Below, in pieces: positions 11,707 to 25,600 of a stretch of 64,000 bases of DNA. How positions within the stretch are numbered: the first letter of the stretch is position 1; the number at the start of each line of letters is the position of its first letter. A program made the position numbers and the translations under genes. Where the stretch lies: positions 1 to 64,000 of the forward strand of contig NIVC01001836.1 in NCBI GenBank assembly GCA_002269645.1. The letters run 5' to 3'. Source of the stretch: Macrostomum lignano (lineage: Eukaryota). Under the pieces are notes generated by a model. It was not told where the DNA came from. It did not search any database and was given only the letters and a program-made list of their open reading frames with translations.

Positions 11707-13242
11707 CTCTATGGGTTAGTACATGTGTATGGAGTAGTGCAGGATCTTAGCAACGAGACGAGGTGATGGAGACCAGCTAGAATGTCAATTTTAACTGCGA
11801 AGGCAATCCCCATCACGATTCTTTAACCAAATCAAAACCACTTTAAAACGCAGATTTGTCATATACTACTTAAGGCATATACGAGTCACTGAGTCAGTAG
11901 GGTACAGCACGCTGCATCTGCGTCTGAAATATTTTTTTACTGAGTAAATAAAATAAACGCTGACAAATGAACTCAAGAGGAGACAAGAGAGAGAAACGAA
12001 GAAAAACAGGTTTGCAATTACGGAGTGCAGTCCACAGGCATCCATCTGCTGTGAAATTCAGCAGCTTACTGCAGGAGATGAAGCGCCCCATTACCCCCAC
12101 CCCCCTAATCCTTCTCACTGCATTGTCTTACCGTTTTCATGTCTACATAGATACTGTACTGCATCTCACTGTGCCAGTGTCGCAACCAGAAATTTGACAA
12201 GAGGAGGGAGGGGTGGGGCCTGCGTCGGTCGGCGAGAATTTGCTTGGGCCTTCGCCAATTACAGTTTCTTGGGCGGCTGCCTCCCCTCCCCGCCCTTTGG
12301 CTTCGCCTCTGTACTGTAGCGACTTCCACCCACCCACCGACTCCACATTCGCAGCCCTTCACCGGATTGGTAGGAAGAAAACTAAAGCGTACTTTTTACT
12401 GCCCAGTGCCCAGTGAATTTCTGCCCATGAAAGTTCCCTTTTAAATATTGTACATTAGCAGTACTACAAAAATGTGCAGTGGCAGCTCTTGAGGGTATGA
12501 AGGGTGAGCAGTCCATTCTGGCACTCACAAAACACTAGCAGAACTTGCTGCAACCCGTGACCCCCCTCTACCGCCCGGCCCCACCCAAACCCTAGCCAGA
12601 CACTGAGACAACCTGTGAAGTGAATAGATCGAAAACCATTTCAATTAAATCAAATGAAAACTACAAATCACACATTTTGAAAAAGTAATCCATTTTTCCT
12701 TTTTTCACAGATGAATACCGGTTCTTATCTAATGAAATAAAAAATTATCCAGTATCCTCATAAGCCATTACATAAAAACAGCTGGGGTAGAACTGAATTT
12801 TTGCCCCGGCTTTGCCATGGCAATTCCACGGGTTCACCGAGGGCTGTCCTGCTGTTGAATGCAAGCGCAGACGGCAATTCCATGCGAAATTATATATTTC
12901 CATGCGAATTATAGCAACCTTCCAGCCGAAAAATCTATCTGCATCAGGGTTCAAAATTAACTATATTCGAATTCGAATTTTTCATTTGTCAAAGACGCTA
13001 ATTTGCGTTATTGAAAGTTACGAGCCGCAAATTTTTCGCTCGTAAAACATACAGTCGGCAGACAACATGAGCAACCAGTACTTGCAACAAGCCGGTGTCA
13101 TCCAAGACTGCAGCAGCAGCTGCAACAGAGGCAACAGTGCTCAACATATTTCTGCGTGAACACTACGAATTCGACAACTGTGGAAAATGCACATTGAACA
13201 GGTAATAAAAGCAGGAGCAGCGGCCGGCGGGTAAAACGGAAA

Positions 13243-13884
13243 GAGTGGAGGGTGAAACACACGGAGTGGAGGGTGAAAGAGACAAAGTGGAAGGTGAAAC
13301 ACACCGAGTGGAGGGTGAAACACACGGAGTGGAGGGTGAAACACACGGAGTGGAGGGTGAAACACACGGAGTGGAGGGTGAAACACACGGAGTGGAGGGT
13401 GAAACACACGGAGTGGAGGGTGAAACACACGGAGTGGAGGGTGAAACACACGGAGTGGAGGGTGAAACACACGGAGTGGAGGGTGAAACACACGGAGTGG
13501 AGGGTGAAACACACGGAGTGGAGGGTGAAACACACGGAGTGGAGGGTGAAACACACGGAGTGGAGGGTGAAACACACGGAGTGGAGGGTGAAACACACGG
13601 AGTGGAGGGTGAAACACACGGAGTGGAGGGTGAAACACACGGAGTGGAGGGTGAAACACACGGAGTGGAGGGTGAAACATACGGAGTGGAGGGTGAAACA
13701 CACGGAGTGGAGGGTGAAACACACGGAGTGGAGGGTGAAACACACGGAGTGGAGGGTGAAACACACGGAGTGGAGGGTGAAACATACGGAGTGGAGGGTG
13801 AAACACACGGAGTGGAGGGTGAAACACACGGAGTGGAGGGTGAAACACACGGAGTGGAGGGTGAAACACACGGAGTGGAGGGTG
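13243..13884. repeat. 21-bp minisatellite (gagtggagggtgaaacacacg)n, about 30 copies
   Basis: Near-perfect tandem; source of the VEGETHG / FTLHSVC pseudo-ORFs. Confidence 0.97.
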
Positions 13885-14029
13885 AGCAAACAAAGTGAAG
13901 TGTGAAACTGAGTGGAGGGTAAAAATGACAAGATTGTGTTGAAATAGGCAGTAAAATGTGAGCTATTACAATATGTTTCGATTCGTTGCCATGTCAATCA
14001 GAATAGCAAAGTTAATGTAAAATTTTCTA

Positions 14030-14399
14030 TCCACAGCCTCAATTAGTTAGAATAGTTCTCACTTGCAACAACATGAGCTTGTTCGCCTGCCGGATGTAGT
14101 TTCCCTTTTAAGGCTGCTTTATTATTTTTAAATTGAGATTATACAATTTAAAGTGTTTTAGTTCCATATTTACCGGTATTCGCGCGGCCGTCTAAGCGCC
14201 GACTTAGGGAGAGAGGGCTATGCGGGCAAGCTCAGCCAATAGGAGACCAGCAAGGTAAGATAGGTGAGAAAATATCTTGATATTCCATAAAAACAGTTTG
14301 ATTCGAAGAGGCTTTCGCTAATAGACCTGTCAAGCTCTTAGATAGCTAAACTATCCAAATATTCTCAATTCTTTCGAGTAATTTTAAGATTTCTAAGAA
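14030..14399 (+). promoter_or_regulatory. Putative promoter, paralogous to 19255-19610
   Basis: Conserved blocks with the second copy: cacagcctca.ttagttagaatagttctcacttgcaacaaca, agggagagagggctatgcggg, and CAGCCAAT at 14236 about 165 bp before the ATG. Confidence 0.55.
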
Positions 14400-14458
14400 A
14401 TGAAAAACAAAATTCAAGTGATAATCATACTTGCGGCCATTGCAATCGTCTTGAGCAG
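14400..14458 (+). CDS. Duplicated signal-peptide exon 1 (MKNKIQVIIILAAIAIVLS), an alternative first exon or orphan of gene A
   Basis: ATG to AG|gtaaaa phase-2 donor; 59 nt, same length and phase as 19611-19669; hydrophobic translation. Confidence 0.65.
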
Positions 14459-14589
14459 GTAAAATACTGATTTTTCTTTATCTATCCGTGTATATACCAT
14501 ATCAGTTTTTGTATCTGACAGCAAATTTCAAAATGCTGTTGTTGGAATTATTATTTATAGATTATGAGACTCTTCTACACATGGAATTC

Positions 14590-17500
14590 GAATATGAGAG
14601 TAGCTTTTATTGATGGATTTCGAATATGGGAGTAGCTTTTATTGACGGATTTCGAATATGCGAGTAGCTTTTAATGATGGATTCGAATATGCGAGTAGCT
14701 TTTAATGATACTCGAAATCCATCAATAAAAGCTACTCGCATACTCGAAATCCATCAATAAAAGCTACTCGCATATTCGAAATCCATCAATAAAAGCTACT
14801 CGCATATTCGAAATCCATCAATAAAAGCTACTCGCATATTCGAAATCCATCAATAAAAGCTACTCGCATATTCGAAATCCATCAATAAAAGCTACTCGCA
14901 TATTCGAAACCCATCAATAAAAGCTACTCGCATATTCGAAATCCATCAATAAAAGCTACTCGCATATTCGAAATCCATCAATAAAAGCTACTCGCATATT
15001 CGAAATCCATCAATAAAAGCTACTCCCATATTCGAAATCCATCAGTAAAATCTACTCCCATATTGGAAATCTATCAGTAAAATCTACTCCCATCTACTCC
15101 CATATTGGAAATCTATCAGTAAAATCTACTCCCATATTGGAAATCCATCAATAAAAGCTACTTCAATATTCTAAATCCATCAATAATAATAATTGAATAT
15201 GGGAGTAGCTTTTAATGATGGATTTCGAATATGCGAGTAGCTATTGATGATGGATTCGAATATGGGAGTAGCTATTGATGATGGATTCAAATATGGGAGT
15301 AGCTATTGATGATGGATTTGAATATGGGCGTAGCTTTTACTGATGGATTTCCAATATGGGAGTAGCTTTTATTGATGGAATTCGAATATGCGAGTAGCTA
15401 TTGATGATGGATTCGAATATGGGAGTAGATATTACTGATGGATTTCCAATATGGGAGTAGATTTTACTGATGGATTTCCAATATGGGAGTAGATTTTACT
15501 GATAGATTTCCAATATGGGAGTAGATGGGAGTAGATTTTACTGATGGATTTCCAATATGGGAGTAGCTTTTACTGATGGATTTCCAATATGGGAGCAGCT
15601 TTTACTGATGGATTTCCAATATGGGAGTAGCTTTTACTGATGGATTTCCAATATGGGAGTAGATTTTACTGATGGATTTCCAATATGGGAGTAGATTTTA
15701 CTGATGGATTTCCAATATGGGAGCAGCTTTTACTGATGGATTTCCAATATGGGAGCAGCTTTTACTGATGGATTTCCAATATGGGAGTAGCTTTTACTGA
15801 TGGATTTCCAATATGGGAGCAGCTTTTACTGATGGATTTCGAATATGGGAGTAGCTTTTACTGATGGATTTCCAATATGGGAGCAGCTTTTACTGATGGA
15901 TTTCCAATATGGGAGTAGCTTTTACTGATGGATTTCCAATATGGGAGCAGCTTTTACTGATGGATTTCGAATATGGGAGCAGCTTTTACTGATGGATTTC
16001 GAATATGGGAGTAGATGGGAGTAGATTTTACTGATAGATTTCCAATATGGGAGTAGATGGGAGTAGATTTTACTGATAGATTTCCAATATGGGAGTAGAT
16101 TTTACTGATGGATTTCGAATATGGGAGTAGCTTTTACTGATGGATTTCGAATATGGGAGTAGATGGGAGTAGATTTTACTGATAGATTTCCAATATGGGA
16201 GTAGATGGGAGTAGATTTTACTGATAGATTTCCAATATGGGAGTAGATTTTACTGATGGATTTCGAATATGGGAGCAGCTTTTACTGATGGATTTCGAAT
16301 ATGGGAGTAGATGGGAGTAGATTTTACTGATAGATTTCCAATATGGGAGTAGCTTTTACTGATGGATTTCGAATATGGGAGCAGCTTTTACTGATGGATT
16401 TCCAATATGGGAGCAGCTTTTACTGATGGATTTCGAATATGGGAGCAGCTTTTACTGATGGATTTCGAATATGGGAGTAGATGGGAGTAGATTTTACTGA
16501 TAGATTTCGAATATGGGAGTAGATGGGAGTAGATTTTACTGATAGATTTCCAATATGGGAGTAGATGGGAGTAGATTTTACTGATGGATTTCCAATATGG
16601 GAGCAGCTTTTACTGATGGATTTCCAATATGGGAGCAGCTTTTACTGATGGATTTCCAATATGGGAGCAGCTTTTACTGATGGATTTCCAATATGGGAGT
16701 AGATTTTACTGATGGATTTCCAATATGGGAGTAGATGGGAGTAGATTTTACTGATGGATTTCGAATATGGGAGTAGATGGGAGTAGATTTTACTGATAGA
16801 TTTCCAATATGGGAGTAGATGGGAGTAGATTTTACTGATGGATTTCCAATATGGGAGTAGATTTTACTGATGGATTTCCAATATGGGAGTAGATTTTACT
16901 GATGGATTTCCAATATGGGAGTAGATTTTACTGATGGATTTCCAATATGGGAGTAGCTTTTATTGATGGAATTCGAATATGGGAGTAGATATTACTGATG
17001 GATTTCGAATATGGGAGTAGATTTTACTGATGGATTTTCAATATGGGAGTAGATTTTACTGATGGATTTCCAATATGGGAGTAGATGGGAGTAGATTTTA
17101 CTGATGGATTTCCAATATGGGAGTAGATGGGAGTAGATTTTACTGATAGATTTCCAATATGGGAGTAGATGGGAGTAGATTTTACTGATAGATTTCCAAT
17201 ATGGGAGTAGATGGGAGTAGATTTTACTGATGGATTTTCAATATGGGAGTAGATTTTACTGATGGATTTCCAATATGGGAGTAGATGGGAGTAGATTTTA
17301 CTGATGGATTTCCAATATGGGAGTAGATGGGAGTAGATTTTACTGATAGATTTCCAATATGGGAGTAGATGGGAGTAGATTTTACTGATGGATTTCCAAT
17401 ATGGGAGTAGATTTTACTGATGGATTTCCAATATGGGAGTAGATGGGAGTAGATTTTACTGATGGATTTCCAATATGGGAGTAGATGGGAGTAGATTTTA

Positions 17501-19085
17501 CTGATGGATTTCCAATATGGGAGTAGATGGGAGTAGATTTTACTGATAGATTTCCAATATGGGAGTAGATGGGAGTAGATTTTACTGATGGATTTCCAAT
17601 ATGGGAGTAGATTTTACTGATGGATTTCCAATATGGGAGTAGATTTTACTGATGGATTTCCAATATGGGAGTAGATGGGAGTAGATTTTACTGATGGATT
17701 TCCAATATGGGAGTAGATGGGAGTAGATTTTACTGATAGATTTCCAATATGGGAGTAGATGGGAGTAGATTTTACTGATGGATTTCCAATATGGGAGTAG
17801 ATTTTACTGATGGATTTCCAATATGGGAGTAGATTTTACTGATGGATTTCCAATATGGGAGTAGATGGGAGTAGATTTTACTGATGGATTTCCAATATGG
17901 GAGTAGATGGGAGTAGATTTTACTGATGGAATTCGAATATGCGAGTAGCTATTGATGATGGATTTCGAATATGGGAGTAGATTTTACTGATGGATTTTCA
18001 ATATGGGAGTAGATTTTACTGATAGATTTCCAATATGGGAGTAGATTTTACTGATGGATTTCCAATATGGGAGTAGATTTTACTGATGGATTTCCAATAT
18101 GGGAGCAGCTTTTACTGATGGATTTCCAATATGGGAGTAGATTTTACTGATGGATTTCCAATATGGGAGCAGCTTTTACTGATGGATTTCCAATATGGGA
18201 GTAGATTTTACTGATGGATTTCCAATATGGGAGTAGATTTTACTGATGGATTTCCAATATGGGAGCAGCTTTTACTGATGGATTTCCAATATGGGAGCAG
18301 CTTTTACTGATGGATTTCCAATATGGGAGCAGCTTTTACTGATGGATTTCCAATATGGGAGTAGATTTTACTGATGGATTTCGAATATGGGAGCAGCTTT
18401 TACTGATGGATTTCGAATATGGGAGTAGATGGGAGTAGATTTTACTGATAGATTTCCAATATGGGAGTAGATTTTACTGATGGATTTCGAATATGGGAGC
18501 AGCTTTTACTGATGGATTTCGAATATGGGAGTAGATGGGAGTAGATTTTACTGATAGATTTCCAATATGGGAGTAGATGGGAGTAGATTTTACTGATGGA
18601 TTTCCAATATGGGAGTAGATTTTACTGATGGATTTCCAATATGGGAGTAGATTTTACTGATGGATTTCCAATATGGGAGTAGATTTTACTGATGGATTTC
18701 CAATATGGGAGTAGATTTTACTGATGGATTTCCAATATGGGAGTAGATTTTACTGATGGATTTCCAATATGGGAGTAGATTTTACTGATGGATTTCCAAT
18801 ATGGGAGTAGATTTTACTGATGGATTTCCAATATGGGAGTAGATTTTACTGATGGATTTCCAATATGGGAGTAGATTTTACTGATGGATTTCCAATATGG
18901 GAGTAGATTTTACTGATGGATTTCCAATATGGGAGTAGATTTTACTGATGGATTTCCAATATGGGAGTAGATTTTACTGATGGATTTCCAATATGGGAGT
19001 AGATTTTACTGATGGATTTCCAATATGGGAGTAGATTTTACTGATGGATTTCCAATATGGGAGTAGATTTTACTGATGGATTTCT
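14590..19085. repeat. 32-bp satellite (atatgggagtagattttactgatggatttcca)n with 42-bp variants and an internal inverted block (~14707-15185)
   Basis: Direct tandem repetition; variant units carry a 10-bp agatgggagt duplication; 14707-15185 reads as the reverse complement. Confidence 0.97.
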
Positions 19086-19610
19086 GAGTAGTCCTTGAGT
19101 GGAGGGTGAGACAGAGTGGAGGGGAGGACAGGCACATTGAAGGGTGAAAAGGACGTGACTGAGATTGAAACAAGCAGTAGTTATTTAACAGAGAGAATAA
19201 TTTTTCGTTGCAATGTAATCAGCATTGTCCTCAAAGTTACATAAAATTTTCCATGCACAGCCTCAGTTAGTTAGAATAGTTCTCACTTGCAACAACACGA
19301 GCTGGTTCTCCTTCCGGGTGTAATTTCCCTTTGAAGGCTGATATATTGTTTTAAAATTGAGATTACACCTTAATGGTTTTTAGTTCCATGTTACTTTTCG
19401 GTCGTCCAGTTAAAGCTCTAAGGGAGAGAGGGCTATGCGGGGTAGCCTCAGCCAATACGAAACCAGCAAGCGAGATAGGCGAGAAAGCATCTTAATAATC
19501 CATATAAATGCCGTTCCACTCATAAGAGGCTTCCACACACAAATTTGTCTGCTCTTAGGTAACTAAATATCCATATATACACTTAAAAATATTTTAAATT
19601 TTTCTGTGAA

Positions 19611-22600
19611 ATGAAAAACAAATTTCGACTAATAATCAAATTTACGGCCATTGCAGTCGTCTTGGGCAGGTAAAATTCAGTTTTTCTATTTCTATCATAT
19701 CATATCAATTTTGTGTCTGCCAGCCAGTTTCACATCATTCGAATGCTTCGAATGAATAAAAACTGTAGAATATAGGACTATAGCTTTTGCTGCTGGATTT
19801 GAGATATGGGAGTAAATCTTATTGATGAATTCAGGATATGGGAGTAAATCTTTGTGATAAATATCGGATATGGGAGTAAATCTTTGTGATAAATATCGGA
19901 TATGGGAGTAAATCTTTGTGATAAATATCGGATATGGGAGTAAATCTTTGTGATAAATATCGGATATGGGAGTAAATCTTTGTGATAAATATCGGATATG
20001 GGAGTAAATCTTTGTGATAAATATCGGATATGGGAGTAAATCTTTGTGATAAATATCGGATATGGGAGTAAATCTTTGTGATAAATATCGGATATGGGAG
20101 TAAATCTTTGTGATAAATATCGGATATGGGAGTAAATCTTTGTGATAAATATCGGATATGGGAGTAAATCTTTGTGATAAATATCGGATATGGGAGTAAA
20201 TCTTTGTGATAAATATCGGATATGGGAGTAAATCTTTGTGATAAATATCGGATATGGGAGTAAATCTTTGTGATAAATATCGGATATGGGAGTAAATCTT
20301 TGTGATAAATATCGGATATGGGAGTAAATCTTTGTGATAAATATCGGATATGGGAGTAAATCTTTGTGATAAATATCGGATATGGGAGTAAATCTTATTG
20401 ATGAATTCAGGATATGGGAGTAAATCTTTGTGATAAATATCGGATATGGGAGTAAATCTTTGTGATAAATATCGGATATGGGAGTAAATCTTTGTGATAA
20501 ATATCGGATATGGGAGTAAATCTTTGTGATAAATATCGGATATGGGAGTAAATCTTAGTGATAAATATCGGATATGGGAGTAAATCTTTGTGATAAATAT
20601 CGGATATGGGAGTAAATCTTTGTGATAAATATCGGATATGGGAGTAAATCTTAGTGATTGATTTCGGATATTTGAATAGCTCACAGAATCTATGCAAAAC
20701 CAGTAATTAATTTCCAACTAGCTCGTTCTTATGCATTTACAAAGCAAAAATGCCGAATGCCAACCCAAACTCTCTTTACCAGTTCAAGCGAGCACACGGG
20801 CGGAGTCGAGTTTGAGCTTTCTGAAGACACCGTGAAAGATCTCCGCAACACCGACAGGGATGGCGACAACGCCAACCAAAGTCGAGCCCCTCGCTGGACT
20901 GTCTGGCTGAAGAAGTCACCCGATGAATTCGACATGAGCATTTTGTTGGAGAAGCAGAGGAAGGATGCCAATGTACGCCCAGGAGACACAATGCACAATC
21001 TCACGGTGACCTTGATGAGTAAGAGCGAATGAAAGAAATATGCTGGCTGCTAATTAAATACTTTTAAAATAGAGAGTTGCAAGCTCGCACAGCAGCTGCT
21101 TCTACAGTGCTAAGACTGTAAAGGTAGCAACTTCCGTCGGCTCTGCATTACTGCCACAGCTCTGAGCCAGGGGGCGCCTGGGGGTGCCAAGCCTGCTGGA
21201 AAGGGGGGGGGGCGCCAAGCCTGCTGGAAAGGGGGGGGGCGCCAAGCCTGCTGGAAAGGGGGCGCCAAGCCTGCTGGAAAGGGGGGGCGCCAAGCCTGCT
21301 GGAAAGGGGGGGCGCCAAGCCTGCTGGAAAGGGGGCGCCAAGCCTGCTGGAAAGGGGGGGCGCCAAGCCTGCTGGAAAGGGGGGGGGGCGCCAAGCCTGC
21401 TGGAAAGGGGGGGGCGCCAAGCCTGCTGGAAAGGGGGGGGGGCGCCAAGCCTGCTGGAAAGGGGGCGCCAAGCCTGCTGGAAAGGGGGGGGCGCCAAGCC
21501 TGCTGGAAAGGGGAGGGGGCGCCAAGCCTGCTGGAGAAAGGGGGCGCCAAGCCTGCTGGAGAAAGGGGGCGCCAAGCCTGCTGGAGAAAGGGGGCGCCAA
21601 GCCTGCTGGAGAAAGGGGGCGCCAAGCCTGCTGGAGAAAGGGGGGCGCCAGGCCTGCTGGAAAGGGATGGGGGCGCCAAGCCTGCTGGAAAGGGGGGGGG
21701 CGCCAAGCCTGCTGGAAAGGGGGCGCCAAGCCTGCTGGAAAGGGGGGGCGCCAAGCCTGCTGGAAAGGGGGGGGCGCCAAGCCTGCTGGAAAGGGGGGGG
21801 CGCCAAGCCTGCTGGAAAGGGGGCGCCAAGCCTGCTGGAAAGGGGGGGCGCCAAGCCTGCTGGAAAGGGGAGGGGGCGCCAAGCCTGCTGGAGAAAGGGG
21901 GCGCCAAGCCTGCTGGAGAAAGGGGGCGCCAAGCCTGCTGGAGAAAGGGGGCGCCAAGCCTGCTGGAGAAAGGGGGGCGCCAGGCCTGCTGGAAAGGGAT
22001 GGGGGCGCCCAGCCTGCTGGAGAAAGGAGGGCGCCAAGCCTTCTGGAGAAAGAGGAGGGCGTCCCATGCTTTGCCAGCCGATTCGGCCGAGAGGGCACGG
22101 CCCCCCCTCCCCTACTCGGAGCTTCTAGTACCTGCTACCCTGTCACAGCTGGGTGAACAAGAAAATTCAGTTTAGTCTGCTTTTAGTCATCTTTAGTTAT
22201 TATAGCTAATTTGTGTGCAGCTCAAAACGCCTACTCACATGAATGTCATGCGGCCAACTCTGCTTAACTCACAAAGAAATAGTTGTTTGGAGTGATGGCG
22301 ATTTTTACAAATCAATCACAAATCCACAATTAAATGAGTTGAAAGCTCTAAAAGACATTGCGTTGCACATTGTATACATTTCAAATGGGATCTCCCTAAT
22401 TGCTCCCTAATTGCAGAAAACGGCACGACTCAACGGCGTATTGTATGGAACGACAGAAACTTGACAACCTTTCGTCTGCAGCGGTGAGCAACGTTTGCAT
22501 TGGGTCCAGTTTCACAATCTACGGGAGCTCTAAAAATGACAATATACCAATCATGGCCAACTCCTAGAAGGATCAGTCTAGCAGAGTTCCAGCAAAATTA

Positions 22601-25600
22601 TCATTGGCTCCAGCTGTTTTGTGTATTTTTGGATTTTCTCGGACTATTTATCTAGTGCAAAACTTCATGCATTGCTATGCAAAAAAGCAAGCAATTTGCA
22701 AGATCCGTTCTGAAAACACAGCTGTACTTTGATTGTGGCGCTCTTATTCACTGATGCTTTTTGCCAAAAAGCATCCCCCTTAGGCGGAGACCTAAAAAAA
22801 ATCGAAGGGGGGACCAAGCGAATTTTTGCCAAAAACAGAGCCACCCCTCCGCCCCCCCTTCCCGGGACTTTACCTTCCAGAATCCGCCCCCCCCCCCTCA
22901 CAAAATTCCTGGTTGCGCTACTGAAAGCTCGTAACAATTTTTTAGGAACGAGCACATTGTGATCGAGCAACGCATCGAAAATGCAACAGCGGTGGACATA
23001 CGACTGTACATCCGGTTGACCGCCAGAGTACTGCCCTATCCAGATGCTCCAAGATCGACTGCTTCTCAACGCTACGTGGTTCGACGTATTGACTTCCTTT
23101 GTGCTTCGATTCCATTGAGCAATTGTTCCGTACTGGCCTCTATTGCTGCTCAGTTCAGCAGCTACCAGAAAATGAAGGAGCTTGGTGAGCCCTTTATATT
23201 TTGATGTTAATTTGTTGAGTTGTGGCTTTAAACATGTGACGAAATCCTGGCCTACTCGTATGAGCATGCAGAATATACTGTGGGTACATGTATTCGAGCA
23301 TTCGACCACAGAGCATGCAACTCATCAGCTCAGCTTCAGGGTTGGCACGAATGCTCTTTGGCTCGCTGTATCCGAATTCAGTAGCATGATAAGAACTATC
23401 AGATTAAAGTACCCTCTAAAAACGATTAGCGAGATTGCATGGATTCGAACTCGCAGTTTACAAGCAAAATGGAAGCACTTTGAAGTTAGTGATTACATTC
23501 CGAATTTTTACTCCTGTTACTAAAGTTAACTAGAATTTATAATTTAAAAACTATAGGTTGTAGCCAAGTGGTTAGAGGGTCGGACCCACGACTTGAAGGT
23601 TGGGGGTTCGACACCCGATCCCACTGGAAAAAACTGTGTCCTTGAGCAAGACACTTAACTCTGCATCCCTTCAGTTCACCCTTGGACTAAACAGCCGTGG
23701 GCAGCCTTCAGATGCGCTGCGCAATAGCTGCGGCTGAGCTGTCGGTTGCATATCTTGCCCATTGGGGTGGGTGTTACAATTATTAATTATTGTTTTTATT
23801 ATTATTATTGCTATTATTATCAATAGTATTATTATTATTGCTACTATTATTATTCAAGCAATCAGCTCCCAATATGTAGAGAAACGATTTATCTCATGAT
23901 AATTTCATCCTCGTTTAAACATCTCCAGAACAAAACAGTGAGCTGAAGGCTTCGCTCTCTGAACCTGTGTTGGTGGACGCTCGGTGCTGCAACGGCAGTG
24001 TCATGTACTATTCAAGGCACTGTGACAGCAACAACTGCACCAGCCCTGGACAGTGGCTGCCTGTAGATGGAGCCCAAAACTCTAGCGTTTGGTAAGTAAT
24101 CAATTTCGTAGCCAAATTCGTGGGGAAATTAAGTAATTCTGAAGAATTTTTATAAGATTTGTCGCTTAAGTCGATTAAGTCGATTAAGTTAGACTGATAG
24201 AATGTGTCGTTCTTGACAGACCCATGCAGCTCAATATGCAAGTAAGTAGAGTGAGTAGGCCACTTTACATCACTTTAAATACTGTCTCTTCAAAAGGTTT
24301 AGCTGTGAACATTTCCTAAGGAACAATGCGGCAAGTCCATATTATTTTTTAAATCAAACTGAATTCAGGTCTATGACATTTGACTGCCGACCACACTCAC
24401 GCCACCAACATGTATTTTGAGCTGCCAGTAGATGCAGTAGGTCTCTCAAGAAGGTAATAAATAATCTTGCATCAAGGAACACGGTAAGCTAGGCTAAGCT
24501 AGGCAAAAAGTATATGGATTGTTTCGGGCAAGAGTAGTGCTGCGGCTAAACGTTTCTGGCTGACAAACTGGGCAGACCCGTAGTACATGATGTACAGCGG
24601 TACATGTATGGTACATACAGATTTTCCTGTATGGGGCTGGGGCTGCTTCTGCTGGGGCTGCTTCTGCTGGGGCTGCTTCTGCTGGGGCTGCTTGAAAAGG
24701 CATTGAAATCTTAGCTACAAGCAAATAATTAGATATTTCTTTTCTGAAAATTGCACACAGAACTTGCCACCATAATACGTTTTCAACAAAAAAATGTTTT
24801 CAGCACAAAATTGACCGTTTCTCATTGTTTGGCCTTTATATTCACGACTGTTTTTTTAAAAACATACAATTAAATGTAGAGTTACCAGTAACATGCAAAT
24901 TACACTGTGAATTGCACCAAGTAGGGCTTTATCGGAGAAATTTTATAGAGAAATACTTGATACTTGTCCACAGTTGTGTTATAGTTGTCACAAAATCACA
25001 GTTGATAAACTTTTAAAGCACCACTACGGGGCCAAACACACATACTGGCTTCAAATGGTGATTGAATACAAAAAGACAAGAAATAGTGTACGCTCGTATT
25101 CAGTGGTATGGTCGGATAAGTCGAGATTCACGAGCATTAAATGAAAGTTTTGTCTATTGTGGATTGATTAAGTGCCCGCCGCGCAAAAAGTAATGGTACA
25201 ATAGGCATGGCTATTTTTGATGGAAATTTCTATATAGATTTTATACTTTTATTTAAGAAAAACTAAAAAAAACGATTCTTCGATGAACAACTTCAGTTCG
25301 AGTGCCCAGACGACCGACTTCGTGACGCTACAGATTGGAGCAGACTCTGTGATTAATCTCGGCCTCAAGAACAAAGAGACTCAACTGGTTTTGCTGGACC
25401 TTTCTCGGCAAGATGATATGACTTCTATTCCGGCTTCGTGTGAATTATCTAGTAGGAATTCTGATAATATCAACAGTATCGTGCTTTGGATCGTCCTGCC
25501 GTTGGCATTTACTGTTCTGTTGGTTCTGACTATCGTCCTGTATTACAAATGTAGACGCCAAGACAGCGGTCATCGCAGAAGACAAGAAGAAAGCGACCAT

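Noticed and set aside
12175-12605. Further hAT MITE (cagtgtcgcaacc...agacactg)
   Set aside because: Only 7 bp of terminal match and no TSD; a lone related end also occurs at ~22902-22923. Probably decayed relics, but boundaries are unsupported.
13098-22128. Repeat-protein ORFs at 13098-13997, 19695-20717 and 21102-22128
   Set aside because: They are open only because the satellite units lack stops; there is no splice or start context.
24369-24453. Additional exon of gene A
   Set aside because: It has plausible splice sites, but 85 nt breaks the frame; the flanking exons join in phase without it, as in gene B.
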